From Anolis carolinensis (lineage: Eukaryota): a stretch of 64,000 nucleotides of DNA. The translations under genes were made by a program, and so were the position numbers. Positions 1-11,856 of this stretch are shown here, piece after piece. The notes under the pieces are model-generated. The model ran no database searches. It had not been told where the DNA came from and saw only the letters and a program-made list of their open reading frames with translations. Position 1 is the first letter of the stretch, and every line of letters begins with the position of its first letter. The stretch is from assembly GCF_035594765.1 (NCBI RefSeq), contig NW_026943822.1, positions 14,407,769 through 14,471,768 on the forward strand, given 5' to 3'.

Positions 1-20
1 TTAACTAATTTATAACAACA

Positions 21-354
21 CTAGCTGTGCCCAGCCACGCATTGCTGTGGCAAAGTATGGTGGTATGGGAAATAAAGTATTGAGGAATTGGTGGTAGTTA
101 AGGTAAAGGGTCCCCTGGGCTGAGTGGGTTGCTAGGAGACCAAGTGGGCGGAGCTTAGCCTTCAAACTGGCAGCAATTGGATAAAAACTATTATTCTTCT
201 CCCTGTAATTAGGACTTTATTTTTCCTTTCTTTTTGTTGTATCAACCTAGAGCCATGAATGATGGGTTGTGTTGTCAAATTTCGAGGTTGGGGGGCCTGT
301 AGTTTTGTTGTTTTGTCCGCTGCCCTGATGCCATCACTCTTTTATATATATAGA
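21..354 (-). mobile_element. Non-autonomous Helitron
   Basis: Minus strand starts TCTATATATATAAAAG and ends with a GCCAC..GTGGC hairpin followed by CTAG. Inserted between host A and T with no TSD. Confidence 0.8.
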
Positions 355-355
355 T

Positions 356-606
356 AAAACTGCCAGCAAAATACGAGGAAAGGAATGAGGAAGCACAGCC
401 ACTAGTGGACAGTGAAGCAACAGCTCCCCCTGTGGCCGGAATCGTGAAGCTGGAAAAATGTTAAATGTCTCTGTGTCTGTCTATACTGTATGTTGTTTGT
501 CTGTTGGCATTGAATGTTTGCCATATATGTGTTCATTGTAATCCGCCCTGAGTCCCCTTCGGGGTGAGAAGGGCGGAATATAAATACTGTAAATAAATAA
601 ATAAAT
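356..606 (+). mobile_element. SINE with L2-type 3' tail (Anolis SINE2-like); related copies near 50505-50848 (+) and 62065-62310 (-)
   Basis: Ends GTAATCCGCCCTGAGTCCCCTTCGGGGTGAGAAGGGCGGAATATAAATACTG(TAAA)n. The same end recurs elsewhere in the window. Confidence 0.65.
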
Positions 607-632
607 ATGGCCATATTCTAGAAGCATTCTCT

Positions 633-673
633 CCTGACGTTTCGCCCACATCTATGGCAGGCATCCTCAGAGG
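633..673 (-). ncRNA. Minimal hammerhead ribozyme motif in a Penelope terminus
   Basis: Minus strand CCT-CTGAGGA-T-GCCTGC..GTGGGC-GAAA-CGTC-AGG gives the CUGAnGA/GAAA core, stems I and II, and a GUC triplet. Confidence 0.7.
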
Positions 674-1289
674 TTTAGGGGTGGAGAGGTTGAAATGGAG
701 ACAGTTGCAATATTCTTCATTTTTCCTGCAGCTCATAGGACTGGAGAGAGTGCGTGCACAGGCAGAAGCAACAAAGAGGAAGAGGAACAGGTTTAGAGAG
801 AGGCATTGAAATCACACAGAGTATTGAGGATGGGTCCTGGAAGGCGCCCCGTGATGCCCATCCTTGTCAGGGACCTGGCAGCCAGTTTGCTCCTCGCTTA
901 GGTTAAAGGATATCGGTTTCCAGGTCAGAAGGCATATGACTTCTTCTAAATTAGCCAGGCCCCTGGCACTTGTCTTTGATAACTGAATGCCCTGGCACTT
1001 CCTCTGTAGAAAGCAGCTGTTAGCTATTGTTGTTATTCTCTCCACACAATGTCCCTCGCAGGCAGGAAGAGAACAGCTTCTAAAAATATGACCTCAACTT
1101 ATGCAAGCAACACAAAGAACTGTGCCTTCTCTCTCTCCACTATTTGCTCACGGGGTCCTCCCCAGAGGCGGTGTCCGCACATGGCACTGGAAAAAAAGAC
1201 TGTTTGGCATGTCCCACATATACGGAACACAAAATGCAACACTTAATGCCCAAATATAGGAGCAAGCGGGCTGAACACGCAGTAGGAAA

Positions 1290-1952
1290 AAAGCCAGATA
1301 AATTCATTATTAACACTTCGCAACAAAGGATTCCCCCAGGCAGGAATGAGCCAGGCTTTGAAATTGCAAGGCTTTTCAATGCTAATCAAGGTGATTAATT
1401 GCAACATTCACATTTGCCTCCAACAGGCAAGAGTTCTTCTGCCACACTGGACCTTCCACAGATATATAAACTTCACCTGCCTAGTTTCTAATACAGTAGA
1501 GTCTCACTTATCCAACACTCGCTTATCCAACGTTCTGGATTATCCAACGCATTTTTGTAGTCAATGTTTTCAATACATCATGATATTTTGGTGCTAAATT
1601 CATAAATACAGTAATTACTACATAGCATTACTGAATATTGAACTAGTTTTTCTGTCAAATTTGTTGTATAACATGATGTTTTGGTGCTTAATTTGTAAAA
1701 TCATAACCTAATTTGATGTTTAATAGGCTTTTCCTTAATCCCTCCTTATTATCCAACATATTCACTTATCCAACATTCTGCCAGCCCGTTTATGTTGGAT
1801 AAGTGAGACTCTACTGTATATCTCACAACCTCTGAGGATGCCTGCCATAGATGTGAGCGAAACATCAGGAGAGAATGATTTTGGAACATGGCCATACAGT
1901 CCGGAAAACTCACAGCAACCCAGTGATTCCGGCCATGAAATCCCTCGACAAT
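1290..1952 (+). mobile_element. Penelope-like element 3' fragment interrupted by a TA-targeting MITE (1494-1816)
   Basis: Shares the terminal ...CATGAAAGCCTTCGACAA-type sequence with the GIY-YIG-bearing copy at 6181-6705. MITE TIR is CAGTAGAGTCTCACTTATCCAA. Confidence 0.7.
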
Positions 1953-2811
1953 ATTATTGATTTTGTTTCATTGCTATATTCTTCACTCATGAGTTTCACT
2001 TACACTGTGTGGATAATGGGACTGGAAATCCTAAAACGTTTAGGCATCCAAAAGTGTCCCCAAGGCTAACTTTAATGCAAGTCCATGTCTAAAATTAAAG
2101 CCAGCAAATGCTACAGATCTCCATGGATTTGGGACCAGACCTGGGCATATTTTAGAGGAGATTTGGTTGAAAGCAGTAGAGCTAAAAGGAACCTGGGTTT
2201 GTCCCAGGATGGATCTACACTGCCATATAATGCGGATTATTAAAGAAGATAATCCAGATTATCTGATTTGAACTGAATTATATGTCGCTTCTGGTGTGAG
2301 AGAATTGGCCATCTACAGAGACATTGCCGAGTGGATGCCCAGATATGTTACCATTCTGCTAGGAGGCTTCTCTCATGTCCCTGAAAGCTAGAGCTGACAG
2401 AAGGGAGCTCACCCCATCTTGCGGGTTCGAATCAGCAACATTCAGATCACCAATCAAACCTTCAGATCAGCAGTCCAGCTGGCACAAGGATTTAACCCAT
2501 TGCTCCGTATCAAAGCCGATAATCCAGTTTATCTGCTTGGAAAGGGATTATATGTGTCTATACTGCCATATAGTCCAGGTCAAAACAGATAATCTGGATT
2601 TTATTTTGTATTTTGATTTCGCTGTAAGCCGCCCCGAGTCCCCTTCAGGGGAGATGGAGGCGGGATATAAATAAACTTATTATTATTATTATTATTATTA
2701 TTATTTTATATGGCAATGTAGATGGGACCTCATTGTTTCAGCAGGTCGCCCAAAGCAACACCCTTCCAAGAGTGGATCAATCTGTGGCAGATCTATTCTA
2801 TGCACTGTTGC

Positions 2812-3138
2812 GGAGAGTCCCCAGTGGCATAGTGGGTTAAACCACTGAACTTGCTGACCGAAAGGTCGGCAGTTCGAATCTGGGGAACGGGATGAGCTCC
2901 CGCTGTTAGCCCCAGCTTCTGCCAACCTAGCAGTTCGAAAACATGCAAATGTGAGTAGATCAATACATACTACTCCGGCGGAAAGGTAATGGTGCTCCAT
3001 GCAGTCATGCCGGCCACATGACCTTGGAGGTGTCTACGGACAACGCCGGCTCTTTGGCTTAGAAATGGAGTTGAGCACCAACCCCCAGAGTCGGACACGA
3101 CTGGACTTAACGTCAGGGGGAAACCTTTACCTTTACCT
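2812..3138 (+). mobile_element. Sauria SINE
   Basis: tRNA-like head (GTTCGAATC B box), conserved body, ACCTTT tail. Confidence 0.85.
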
Positions 3139-3599
3139 AGCCATCATGCAGCAGGGCCTCACCTGCCAACTCCAGATCCCAAGATTGTATAGGATTGGGT
3201 TGTGGCTGTATGGAATCATGATACAATTATAATGTAATCTGAAAAAACTCTATGGCAGGGAGAAAGGAGATGAGCGCCAACCCTCAGAGTCGGACACGAC
3301 TGGACTTAACGTCAGGGGGAAACCTTTACCTATGCGCTCTGTTGTTCGAACTCTGTGCCTTCAAGTCATGGCAAACCTGGGGTTCTACTCATTCCTAGTT
3401 ATCCTTGTCCAACTGTATTCTTTTTTTTTCCTCCCATTAAACTCAGGCCATTGACTGAGGTTGGAGCCACACCAGCAAAATAATTTGACTGTAGCTGACA
3501 GTATTTTGCTCAGATTACATGGTGTTAATGTCACACTGGCTTGTAATAACACTGTGCAACACTGCGAGAGCATAGCCTTTCACGGGATATCTTATAGAG

Positions 3600-3733
3600 C
3601 AGGCATGGGCAAACTTTGGCCCTCCAGGTGTTTTGGACTTCAACTCCCACCATTCCTAACAGCCTACCGGCTGTTAGGAATGGTGGGAGTTGAAGTCCAA
3701 AACACCTGGAGGGCCAAAGTTTGCCCATGCCTG
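3600..3733. mobile_element. Palindromic hAT-type MITE (related copies near 9003-9086, 9710-9808, 20955-21147, 43736-43869, 62034-62402)
   Basis: CAGGCATGGGCAAACT...AGTTTGCCCATGCCTG, a near-perfect 134-bp palindrome. Confidence 0.8.
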
Positions 3734-3805
3734 CTTTACATCAATCCTGAGGATGTTGTTGGTGACCCCAGCTGCCCTCTTTCCAAAGTGTTGCTCCCTT
3801 GCTTA

Positions 3806-4048
<243 letters not shown>

Positions 4049-4154
4049 TCAATTGTGTTACTTTGTTGAATTACTTTCTGTTCTTCTACCCCACCCTTCT
4101 TACCCCAAAGAGGAACTCAGACATTGTGGGATTTCCTGCCTTGATATTCTAGGT

Positions 4155-4258
4155 CAGGGGTCCCCAAACTTTTTAAACAGGGGGCCAGTTCACAATCCTT
4201 CAGACCATTGGAGGGCCGGACTATAGTTGGCCACCGAACAATAATAATAATAATTAAT

Positions 4259-4314
<56 letters not shown>

Positions 4315-4436
4315 CCAATAATAATAAAAAGAGAGTTGGAAGAGACCCTTTGGGCCATTGAGTCCAATCCCCTTCTGCCTTTGTGCACCGAAAGCACAAG
4401 CAAAGCACCCCTGACAGATGGCCACCCAGCCTCAAT

Positions 4437-4471
<35 letters not shown>

Positions 4472-4959
4472 CAGTAATAACAACAGCAATAATAATAAAA
4501 AAGAGGGTTGGAAGAGACCCTTTGGGCCATTGAGTCCAATCCCCTTCTGCCTTTGTGCACCGAAAGCACAAGCAAAGCACCCCTGACAGATGGCCACCCA
4601 GCCTCAATGTTAATAAATAAATAATAATAATAATAATAACAACAACAGTAATAACAACAGCAATAATAATAAAAAAGAGGGTTGGAAGAGACCCTTTGGG
4701 CCATTGAGTCCAATCCCCTTCTGCCTTTGTGCACCGAAAGCACAAGCAAAGCACCCCTGACAGATGGCCACCCAGCCTCAATGTTAATAAATAATAATAA
4801 TAATAATAACAACAACAGTAATAACAACAGCAATAATAATAAAAAAGAGGGTTGGAAGAGACCCTTTGGGCCATTGAGTCCAATCCCCTTCTGCCTTTGT
4901 GCACCGAAAGCACAAGCAAAACACCCCTGACAGATGGCCACCCAGCCTCAATGTTAATA

Positions 4960-5001
<42 letters not shown>

Positions 5002-5110
5002 GAGGGTTGGAAGAGACCCCTTGGGCCATTTTGTCCAACCCTCTTCTGCCTCTGCGGACCAAAAGCACAAGCAAAGCACCCCTGACAGATGGCCACCCAG
5101 CCTTAATGTT

Positions 5111-5155
<45 letters not shown>

Positions 5156-5264
5156 GAGGGTTGGAAGAGACCCCTTGGGCCATTTTGTCCAACCCTCTTC
5201 TGCCTCTGCGGACCAAAAGCACAAGCAAAGCACCCCTGACAGATGGCCACCCAGCCTTAATGTT

Positions 5265-5313
<49 letters not shown>

Positions 5314-5441
5314 GTTGTAAGAGAAGAAGAGAACCCTTGGGTCATTTAGTCCAACCCCCTTCAGCCCTTGTGCCATGGGGGCCGGATAAATGGCTTCGAT
5401 GGTCCGCATCCGGCCCCCGGGCCTTAGTTTGGGGACCCCTG
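4155..5441. mobile_element. Non-autonomous hAT element with an internal tandem array of CR1 3'-end/(AAT)n units
   Basis: TIR CAGGGGTCCCCAAACT and 8-bp TSD TTCTAGGT (4147-4154, 5442-5449). Confidence 0.9.
4336..5360. repeat. Six ~155-175 bp tandem units plus one diverged partial unit (CR1-like 3' end + AAT microsatellite)
   Basis: GTTGGAAGAGACC..GACAGATGGCCACCCAGCC recurs near 4336, 4507, 4681, 4851, 5006 and 5160, and resembles the CR1 end at 42027-42120. Confidence 0.85.
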
Positions 5442-5456
5442 TTCTAGGTTCTATGG

Positions 5457-7209
5457 CAGGGTTCCCCAAACTAAGGCCCGGTGGCCGGATGCGGCCCTCC
5501 GAGGTCATTGACCTGGCCCCCATCCTCAGTTTTAGACTTCGTCTGAAATGACTTGAAGGCACACAACAACAACAATCCTACTTAACTTGACTATCTCATT
5601 GGGCAGAAGCAGGCCCACACTTCCCATTGAAATCCTGATAGGTTTATGTTGGTTAAAATTGTTTTTATTTTTAAATATTGTATTGTTCATTCATTTACTA
5701 CCCTGTTTCCCCGAAAATAAGACATCCCCAGAAAATGAAACCTAGTAGAGGTTTTGCTGAATTGCTAAATATAAGGCCTCCCCCAAAAGTAAGACCTAGC
5801 AAAGTTTTTGTTTGGAAGCATGCCCGGCGCCCGCCAAAAACACCAGAACTTGCAGGATCGGTAAATGTACATACCAGTTGTACATGGAAATAATACATTA
5901 AAATGTTATATTATTTATATTTATACAGTAGTAACAAGAAATTCTTGACAGGAGTCATAGTTTGTCTGGTTTGGTTATGTTGGTTTGTGATGACAACTAC
6001 TGTACAGTATATAATAAATGTTCCTTTTTTTGTTCAACAATAATGTTTTCTTCATGGAAAAATAAGACATCCCCTAAAATAAGACCTAGCACATCTTTGG
6101 GAGCAAAAAATAATATAAGACACTGTCTTATTTTCGGGGAAACACGGTAATATTGTGCTATGGTAATAATATAATATATTGTGTTGTCGAAGGCTTTCAT
6201 GGCCGGGATGACAGGGTTGTTGTATGTCTTTCGGGCTGTGTAGCCATGTTCCAGAAGCATTCTCTCCTGACGTTTCGCCCACAATTATGGCAGGCATCCT
6301 CAGAGGTTGTGAGGTATGGATAAACTAAGTAAGGAAGGGAAAGAATATATATATCTGTGTAGAGTCTGGGGTGTGACAAGGGTCCTTTGTCACTGGGAGC
6401 CAGCATTAATGTTTAGGTTAATCACCCTAATCAGCATTGGAGGTGTTTTTGTCTCTTGCCTGGGGGCATCCTTTGTCAGTCAAACCCTCAGAGTTTTGGT
6501 TCCCATCTACTGTTTTGATTTTGGAGTTTTGTAATACTGGTAGCCAGATTTTGTTCATTTTCATGGTTTCTTCCTTTCTGTTGAAGTTGTCCACATGCTT
6601 GTGGATTTCAATGGCTTCTCTGTGTAGTCTGACATGATAGTTGTTGGAATGGTCCAGCATTTTTGTGTTCTCAAATAATATACTGTGTCCAGGCTGTGTA
6701 TACATATAATATCGATAATAATATTACAATGTAATACAATATAAGATTTATTTATTTATTACAGTATTTCTACCCTGCCCTTCTCACCTAGTAGGGGACT
6801 CAGGGCGGCTAATAATAAAAATACAATGTAATAATACTGTATAATATAATAATATTAATTATATATTATATATTAAATGTAATATTACTAATAATAATAT
6901 GGTATGTTGGTATAGTACAATATAGTAATATATAATGCTAATATTGGGCTATGCTAATAATATAATATATTGTATGTACATACAACTTGTAAGCCGCTCT
7001 GAGTCCTCTTCGGGGTGAGAGAGGGTTGAGTATAAATGTAGCAAATAAATAAAGAAATAAATGTTGTTGGGGTTTTTTTTGCACTACAAATAAGACATGT
7101 GCAGTGTGCATAGGAATTTGTTCATTTTTTTTTCAAATGATAATTTAGCCCCTCAATGATCTGAGGGACCATGAACCGGCCCTCCACTTTAAAAGTTTGT
7201 GGACCCCTG
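5457..7209. mobile_element. Non-autonomous hAT element with nested Tc2/pogo-like MITE (5701-6147) and Penelope fragment
   Basis: TIRs CAGGGTTCCCCAAACT / ..GGACCCCTG with 8-bp TSD TTCTATGG (5449-5456, 7210-7217). Related truncated copy near 57295-57959. Confidence 0.88.
6181..6705 (-). mobile_element. Penelope-like retroelement 3' end: GIY-YIG endonuclease C-terminus plus hammerhead (6266-6306)
   Basis: ORF ..HSILFENTKMLDHSNNYHVRLHREAIEIHKHVDNFNRKEE..W.PVL is typical of the Penelope/Poseidon endonuclease C-terminus. Confidence 0.85.
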
Positions 7210-7430
7210 TTCTATGGCTTTGTGGAAGGGTCCTATTGTTGCACTACAGCTCTGAACACCTGTCCACCACAAACCACGCTCTGTCCAGGTAATCCTGTAA
7301 AGGTAAAGGTTTCCCCTAACGTTAAGTCCAGTCATGTCTGACTCTGTGGGTTGGTGCTCACCTCCATTTCTAAGCCAAAGAGCTTGTCCGTAGACACCTC
7401 CAAGGTCATAATAATAATAATAATAAACTA

Positions 7431-7855
7431 ATACTGTGGGATATACTGTGGGTCTTCCGAATCCAGACTGACAAAGTTCTGGAACACAACACACCAGACA
7501 TCACAGTTGTGGAAAAGAAAAAGGTTTGGATCATTGATGTTGCCATCCCAGGTGACAGTCGCATTGACTAAAAACAACAGGAAAAACTCAGCCGCTATCA
7601 GGACCTCAAGACTGAACTTCAAAGACTCTGGCAGATACCAGTGCAGGTGGTCCTGGTGGTGATGGGCACACTGGGTGCCGTGCCAAAAGATCTCAGCCGG
7701 CATTTGGAAACAATAGACATTGACAAAATTACGATCTGTCAACTGCAAAAGGTCACCCTACTGGGATCTGTGCGCATCATCCGAAAATACATCACACAGT
7801 CCTAGACACTTGGGAAGTGTTCGACTTGTGATTTTGTGATATGAAATCCAGCATG
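7431..7855 (+). mobile_element. R4/Dong-clade non-LTR retrotransposon 3' fragment
   Basis: Restriction-like endonuclease remnant, near-identical to 8259-8889. Preceded by (AAT)n. Confidence 0.8.
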
Positions 7856-8258
7856 TTCAGTCTGAATTTGTTTGAGCATAGTCTTTCAAGGGATATCTTA
7901 TAGAGCAGGCATGGGCAAACTTCGGCCCTCCAGGTGTTTTGGACTTGTTCAGCATGTTCAGCAACATCAATGATCCAAACCTTTTTCTTTTCCACAACTG
8001 TGATGTCTGGTTTGTTGTGTTCCAGAACTTTCTCAGTCTGGATTCAGAAGTCCCACAGTATCTTTGCGTGTTCATTTTCCACAACCTTTGTGATCCCATC
8101 AGTTCTTTACTGCAGGAAGCTGGTACTTGAGGCATAAGTTCCAATGAATTATTCCACAACCTTTTAGGTTTGTGATCCCACCAGTTCTTTACTGCAGGGA
8201 GGTGGTACTTGAGGCATAAGTTCCAATGAATAATAATAATAATTATTATTATTATTAT

Positions 8259-8888
8259 TATCAACACAACGACGTTGTATGGCACAGCAAACAAGATAGA
8301 TATGCTGGATTTCGTTTCGCAAAACCACAAGTCGAACACTTCCCAAGTGTCTAGGACTGTGTGATGTATTTTCTGATGATGCGTGCAGATCCCAGTAGGG
8401 TGGCCTTTTGCAGTTGGCAGATGGTGATTTTGTCAATGTCTATTGTTTCCAAATGCCGGCTGAGATCTTTTGGCACAGCACCCAGTGTGCCCATCACCAC
8501 CGGGACCACCTGTACTGGTTTCTGCCAGAGTCTTTGAAGTTCAATCTTGAGGTCCTGATAGCGGCTGAGTTTTTCCTGTTGTTTTTCGTCAATGCAACTG
8601 TCACCTGGGATGGCAACATCAATGATCCAAACCTTGTTCTTTTCCACAACTGTGATGTCTGGTGTGTTGTGTTCCAGAACTTTGTCAGTCTGGATTCGGA
8701 AGTCCCACAGTATCTTTGCGTGCTCATTTTCCAATACTTTTGCAGGTTTGTGATCCCACCAGTTCTTTACTGCTGGAAGGTTGTACTTGAGGCATAAGTT
8801 CCAATGAATCATTTGGGCCACATAGTTGTGCCTCTGTTTGTAGTCTGTCTGTGCGATTTTCTTACAGCAGCTGAGGATATGATCAATG

Positions 8889-8889
<1 letters not shown>
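8259..8889 (-). mobile_element. R4/Dong-clade element, 5'-truncated, with open RLE domain
   Basis: [23 protein letters not shown] (end of CCHC knuckle plus PD-D endonuclease). (ATT)n on both flanks. Confidence 0.88.
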
Positions 8890-8944
<55 letters not shown>

Positions 8945-9169
8945 GTGTTTTATATAGCTCATTACATTGTTTAGAATAGACAGCTGTGTTTATCCAATAG
9001 GGGAAAAGAAAGGGCCTGAGGCTGTTAGGAATGGTGGGAGTTGCAGTCCAAAACACCTGGAGGGAGGGCCCAAGTTGGCCCATGCCTAAACTAGTTCCTT
9101 AATAATAGTCGGGTGCTTCTGGAGTTTTTAGATCTTTGGTTACGCTAAGCCCCATCCCAAAACCCAAAG

Positions 9170-9258
9170 AGCCCGGCGCGCCTGCGCAGACACGGCCATT
9201 GTGAGCCAGTCGGTGGCTAGTGCGCCTGCGCCAGTACTGAAGAGGCGGAGGGATCACA
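9170..9258 (+). promoter_or_regulatory. BTBD1: BTBD1 CpG-island promoter / 5' UTR
   Basis: Two NRF1-like GCGCCTGCGC motifs (about 9177 and 9222), YY1-like CCAT/ATGG motifs, CpG-rich to about 9690. Confidence 0.65.
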
Positions 9259-9668
9259 ATGGCGGCCGCGGGCGGCCCTGAGGCACCGTCAGCAGCGGCG
9301 GGGCCTGAAGCGGGAGCGGCCTCCTCCTCGTCGTCCTCGGCCTCGTCGTCGCCGGTGGTGGTGCAGCGGGAGCCGGTGTACAACTGGCAGGCCACGAAGC
9401 GGTCGCTGCGGGAGCGCTTCGCCTTCCTCTTCGCCAACGAGCTGCTCAGCGACGTGCGCTTCGTGGTGGGCAAAGCAGGGCCGCGAGGAGGGGGAGGGGG
9501 CCCGGTGGGGGCGCCCGGCCCGGCCCAGCAGCGCATCCCCGCCCACCGCTTCGTCCTGGCCGCCGGCAGCGCCGTCTTCGACGCCATGTTCAACGGGGGG
9601 ATGGCCACCACCTCCGCCGAGATCGAGCTGCCCGACGTCGAGCCCGCCGCCTTCCTCGCCCTCCTCAG
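9259..9668 (+). CDS. BTBD1: BTBD1 exon 1 (BTB/POZ domain)
   Basis: ..[68 protein letters not shown]. Phase-2 donor AG/GTCCGA. Confidence 0.96.
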
Positions 9669-9909
9669 GTCCGAAGCCTTTGCATAGGCCGCAGAAGATA
9701 GATCTAGCCCAGGCATGGGCCTACTTCAGCCTTCCCTCCAGGTGTTAGGAATTGTGGGAGTTGAAGTCCAAAACACCTGCAGGGAGGGCCCAAGTTGGCC
9801 CATCCCTGAGCTAGATCTGTCTATATCCGTGGTTCCCAATCTTTTCTTTAACCAGGGAACACTTTCCAACATTAATATCAAAAGGCTTATGAATCTGTTC
9901 TTGGTCAAC

Positions 9910-11025
9910 GTTTATTTATTTATTTATTTCCAATATTTCTATCCCGCCCTTCTCACCCGAAAGGACTCAGTACAATTGGCAACAATTCAATGCTGACACA
10001 TCATTAAAACAAACAGCATATAAAGTCTATACAAATAGTTAAATACAGTATAAAATATAAAACATATATATGTGTCTGTGTGTGTGTATATATATATATA
10101 TATATACACACACACAATATAATTTACAATAATATATAATAATTATAACATATTGTATATACATATAATATTCATAATATTATATTGTAATGCGATATAA
10201 TACTAATACAGTAGAGTCTCACTTATCCAAGCCTCGCTTATCCAAGCCTCTGGATTATCCAAGCCATTTTGGTAGTCAATGTTTTCAATATATCATGATA
10301 TTTTGGTGCTAAATTCGTAAATACAGTAATTATAACATAACATTACCATGTATTGAACTACTTTTTCTGTCAATTTGTTGTATGACATGATGTTTTGGTG
10401 CTTAATTTGTAATATCATAACCTAATTTGATGTTTAATAGGCTTTTCCTTAATCCCTCCTTATTATCCAAGATATTCGCTCATCCAAGCTTCTGCTGGCC
10501 CATTTGGCTTGGATAAGTGAGACTCTACTGTAATACAATATAATAATATTAATTATGTATTATATTTTACATGTAATATTACTAACAATATTGCAATATA
10601 TTGATACAGTACAATATAATAACTTATTACCAGTATTGTACTATGCTAATATAATATTGTATGTAAATTTAATTTGTAAGCCGCTTTGAGTCCCCTTCGA
10701 AGTGAGAAGGGCGGCATATAAATTTAGCAAATAAATAAATAAATAAATATGGTTAAAATCCGTTCATCCAATATCCTCGTGCTTTATCCATACATCAGTC
10801 TGGGTCGTCTTTGTCGTTTATTCGTTAAAAGCCTGAGCACATAGCCATGTTTTTAAGGCTTTTCTAAAACTCGAAAGGGTTGGGGCTTGCCGTATATCTT
10901 TGGGGAGGATGTTCCACAGCCAGGGAGCCACCACCGAGAAGGCCCTGTCCCTCGTTCCCACCAGCCGCGCTTGTGAGGCAGGCGGGACCGAGAGCAGGGC
11001 CTCACCAGATGACCTTGGGGATCTT
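9910..11025 (-). mobile_element. L2 LINE 3' region with nested MITE (10209-10530) and other fragments
   Basis: (TTTA)n tail and L2-type ..TTCCACAGCCAGGGAGCCACCACCGAGAAGGCCC.. sequence at 10830-11020. Confidence 0.6.
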
Positions 11026-11601
11026 CGATTTAGATTTAGATTCGATTTAATTATTGGTTTTTTTGGGGTGCTGATTTAGAAAATTGCACTGGATAGACCA
11101 CATCAGGTCTAGATACGGTTTTCTGTGGATGAGCAGATGGCGACTACTGGATGGCATATGTTCTGTATCAGAAACTAGAGCTGATGTGGTCCATCCAATG
11201 CAATTTTCTCAATCAGCACCCCAAAAAATCCAAATATGTCCGCTGCCTCACCATTGTTTCTGCGGATAATAACACAGCCCAACCCAAAAAAAAAATCTTT
11301 GTGTCTTTGTTTTTAGGCCTGTTCCTGGGGTTAATTGGGGTGCTGATTCAGAAAACTATTGGATAGACCACATCAGCTCAAGTTTTTGATACAGAACATA
11401 TGCCACCCAGTAGTCACCATCTTCTTGCCTACAGACAGCCATATTTAATAATCTAGAGCTAGGAGTTGTAGGCCAAAACACCTGAGACCCCACAGGTTGA
11501 TAATCTCTATATGAGTGGGTTGTTGACTTAAATGAGAAGGAATGCTCTTTGTGGGAATGAGGTGCTCAGTTTTGCTATTTACATAAAAATGGCATAGTTA
11601 A

Positions 11602-11856
<255 letters not shown>

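Noticed and set aside
2812-2890. tRNA-like A/B boxes
   Set aside because: These are SINE heads, not complete cloverleaf tRNA genes.
675-3590. Search for TM6SF1 exon 2
   Set aside because: No segment encoding the expected ..PPRDPLFY was recognised; it probably lies left of the window.
4190-5562. Many overlapping poly-L/I/N/Y ORFs
   Set aside because: Artefacts of (AAT)n tracts in a transposon-borne tandem repeat.
8351-8962. 203-aa nuclease-like ORF as a domesticated gene
   Set aside because: Truncated R4/Dong RLE domain; the start is supplied through an AAT tract and near-identical copies lie nearby.
9099-9716. 205-aa antisense ORF
   Set aside because: Shadow of GC-rich BTBD1 exon 1, starting inside a MITE.
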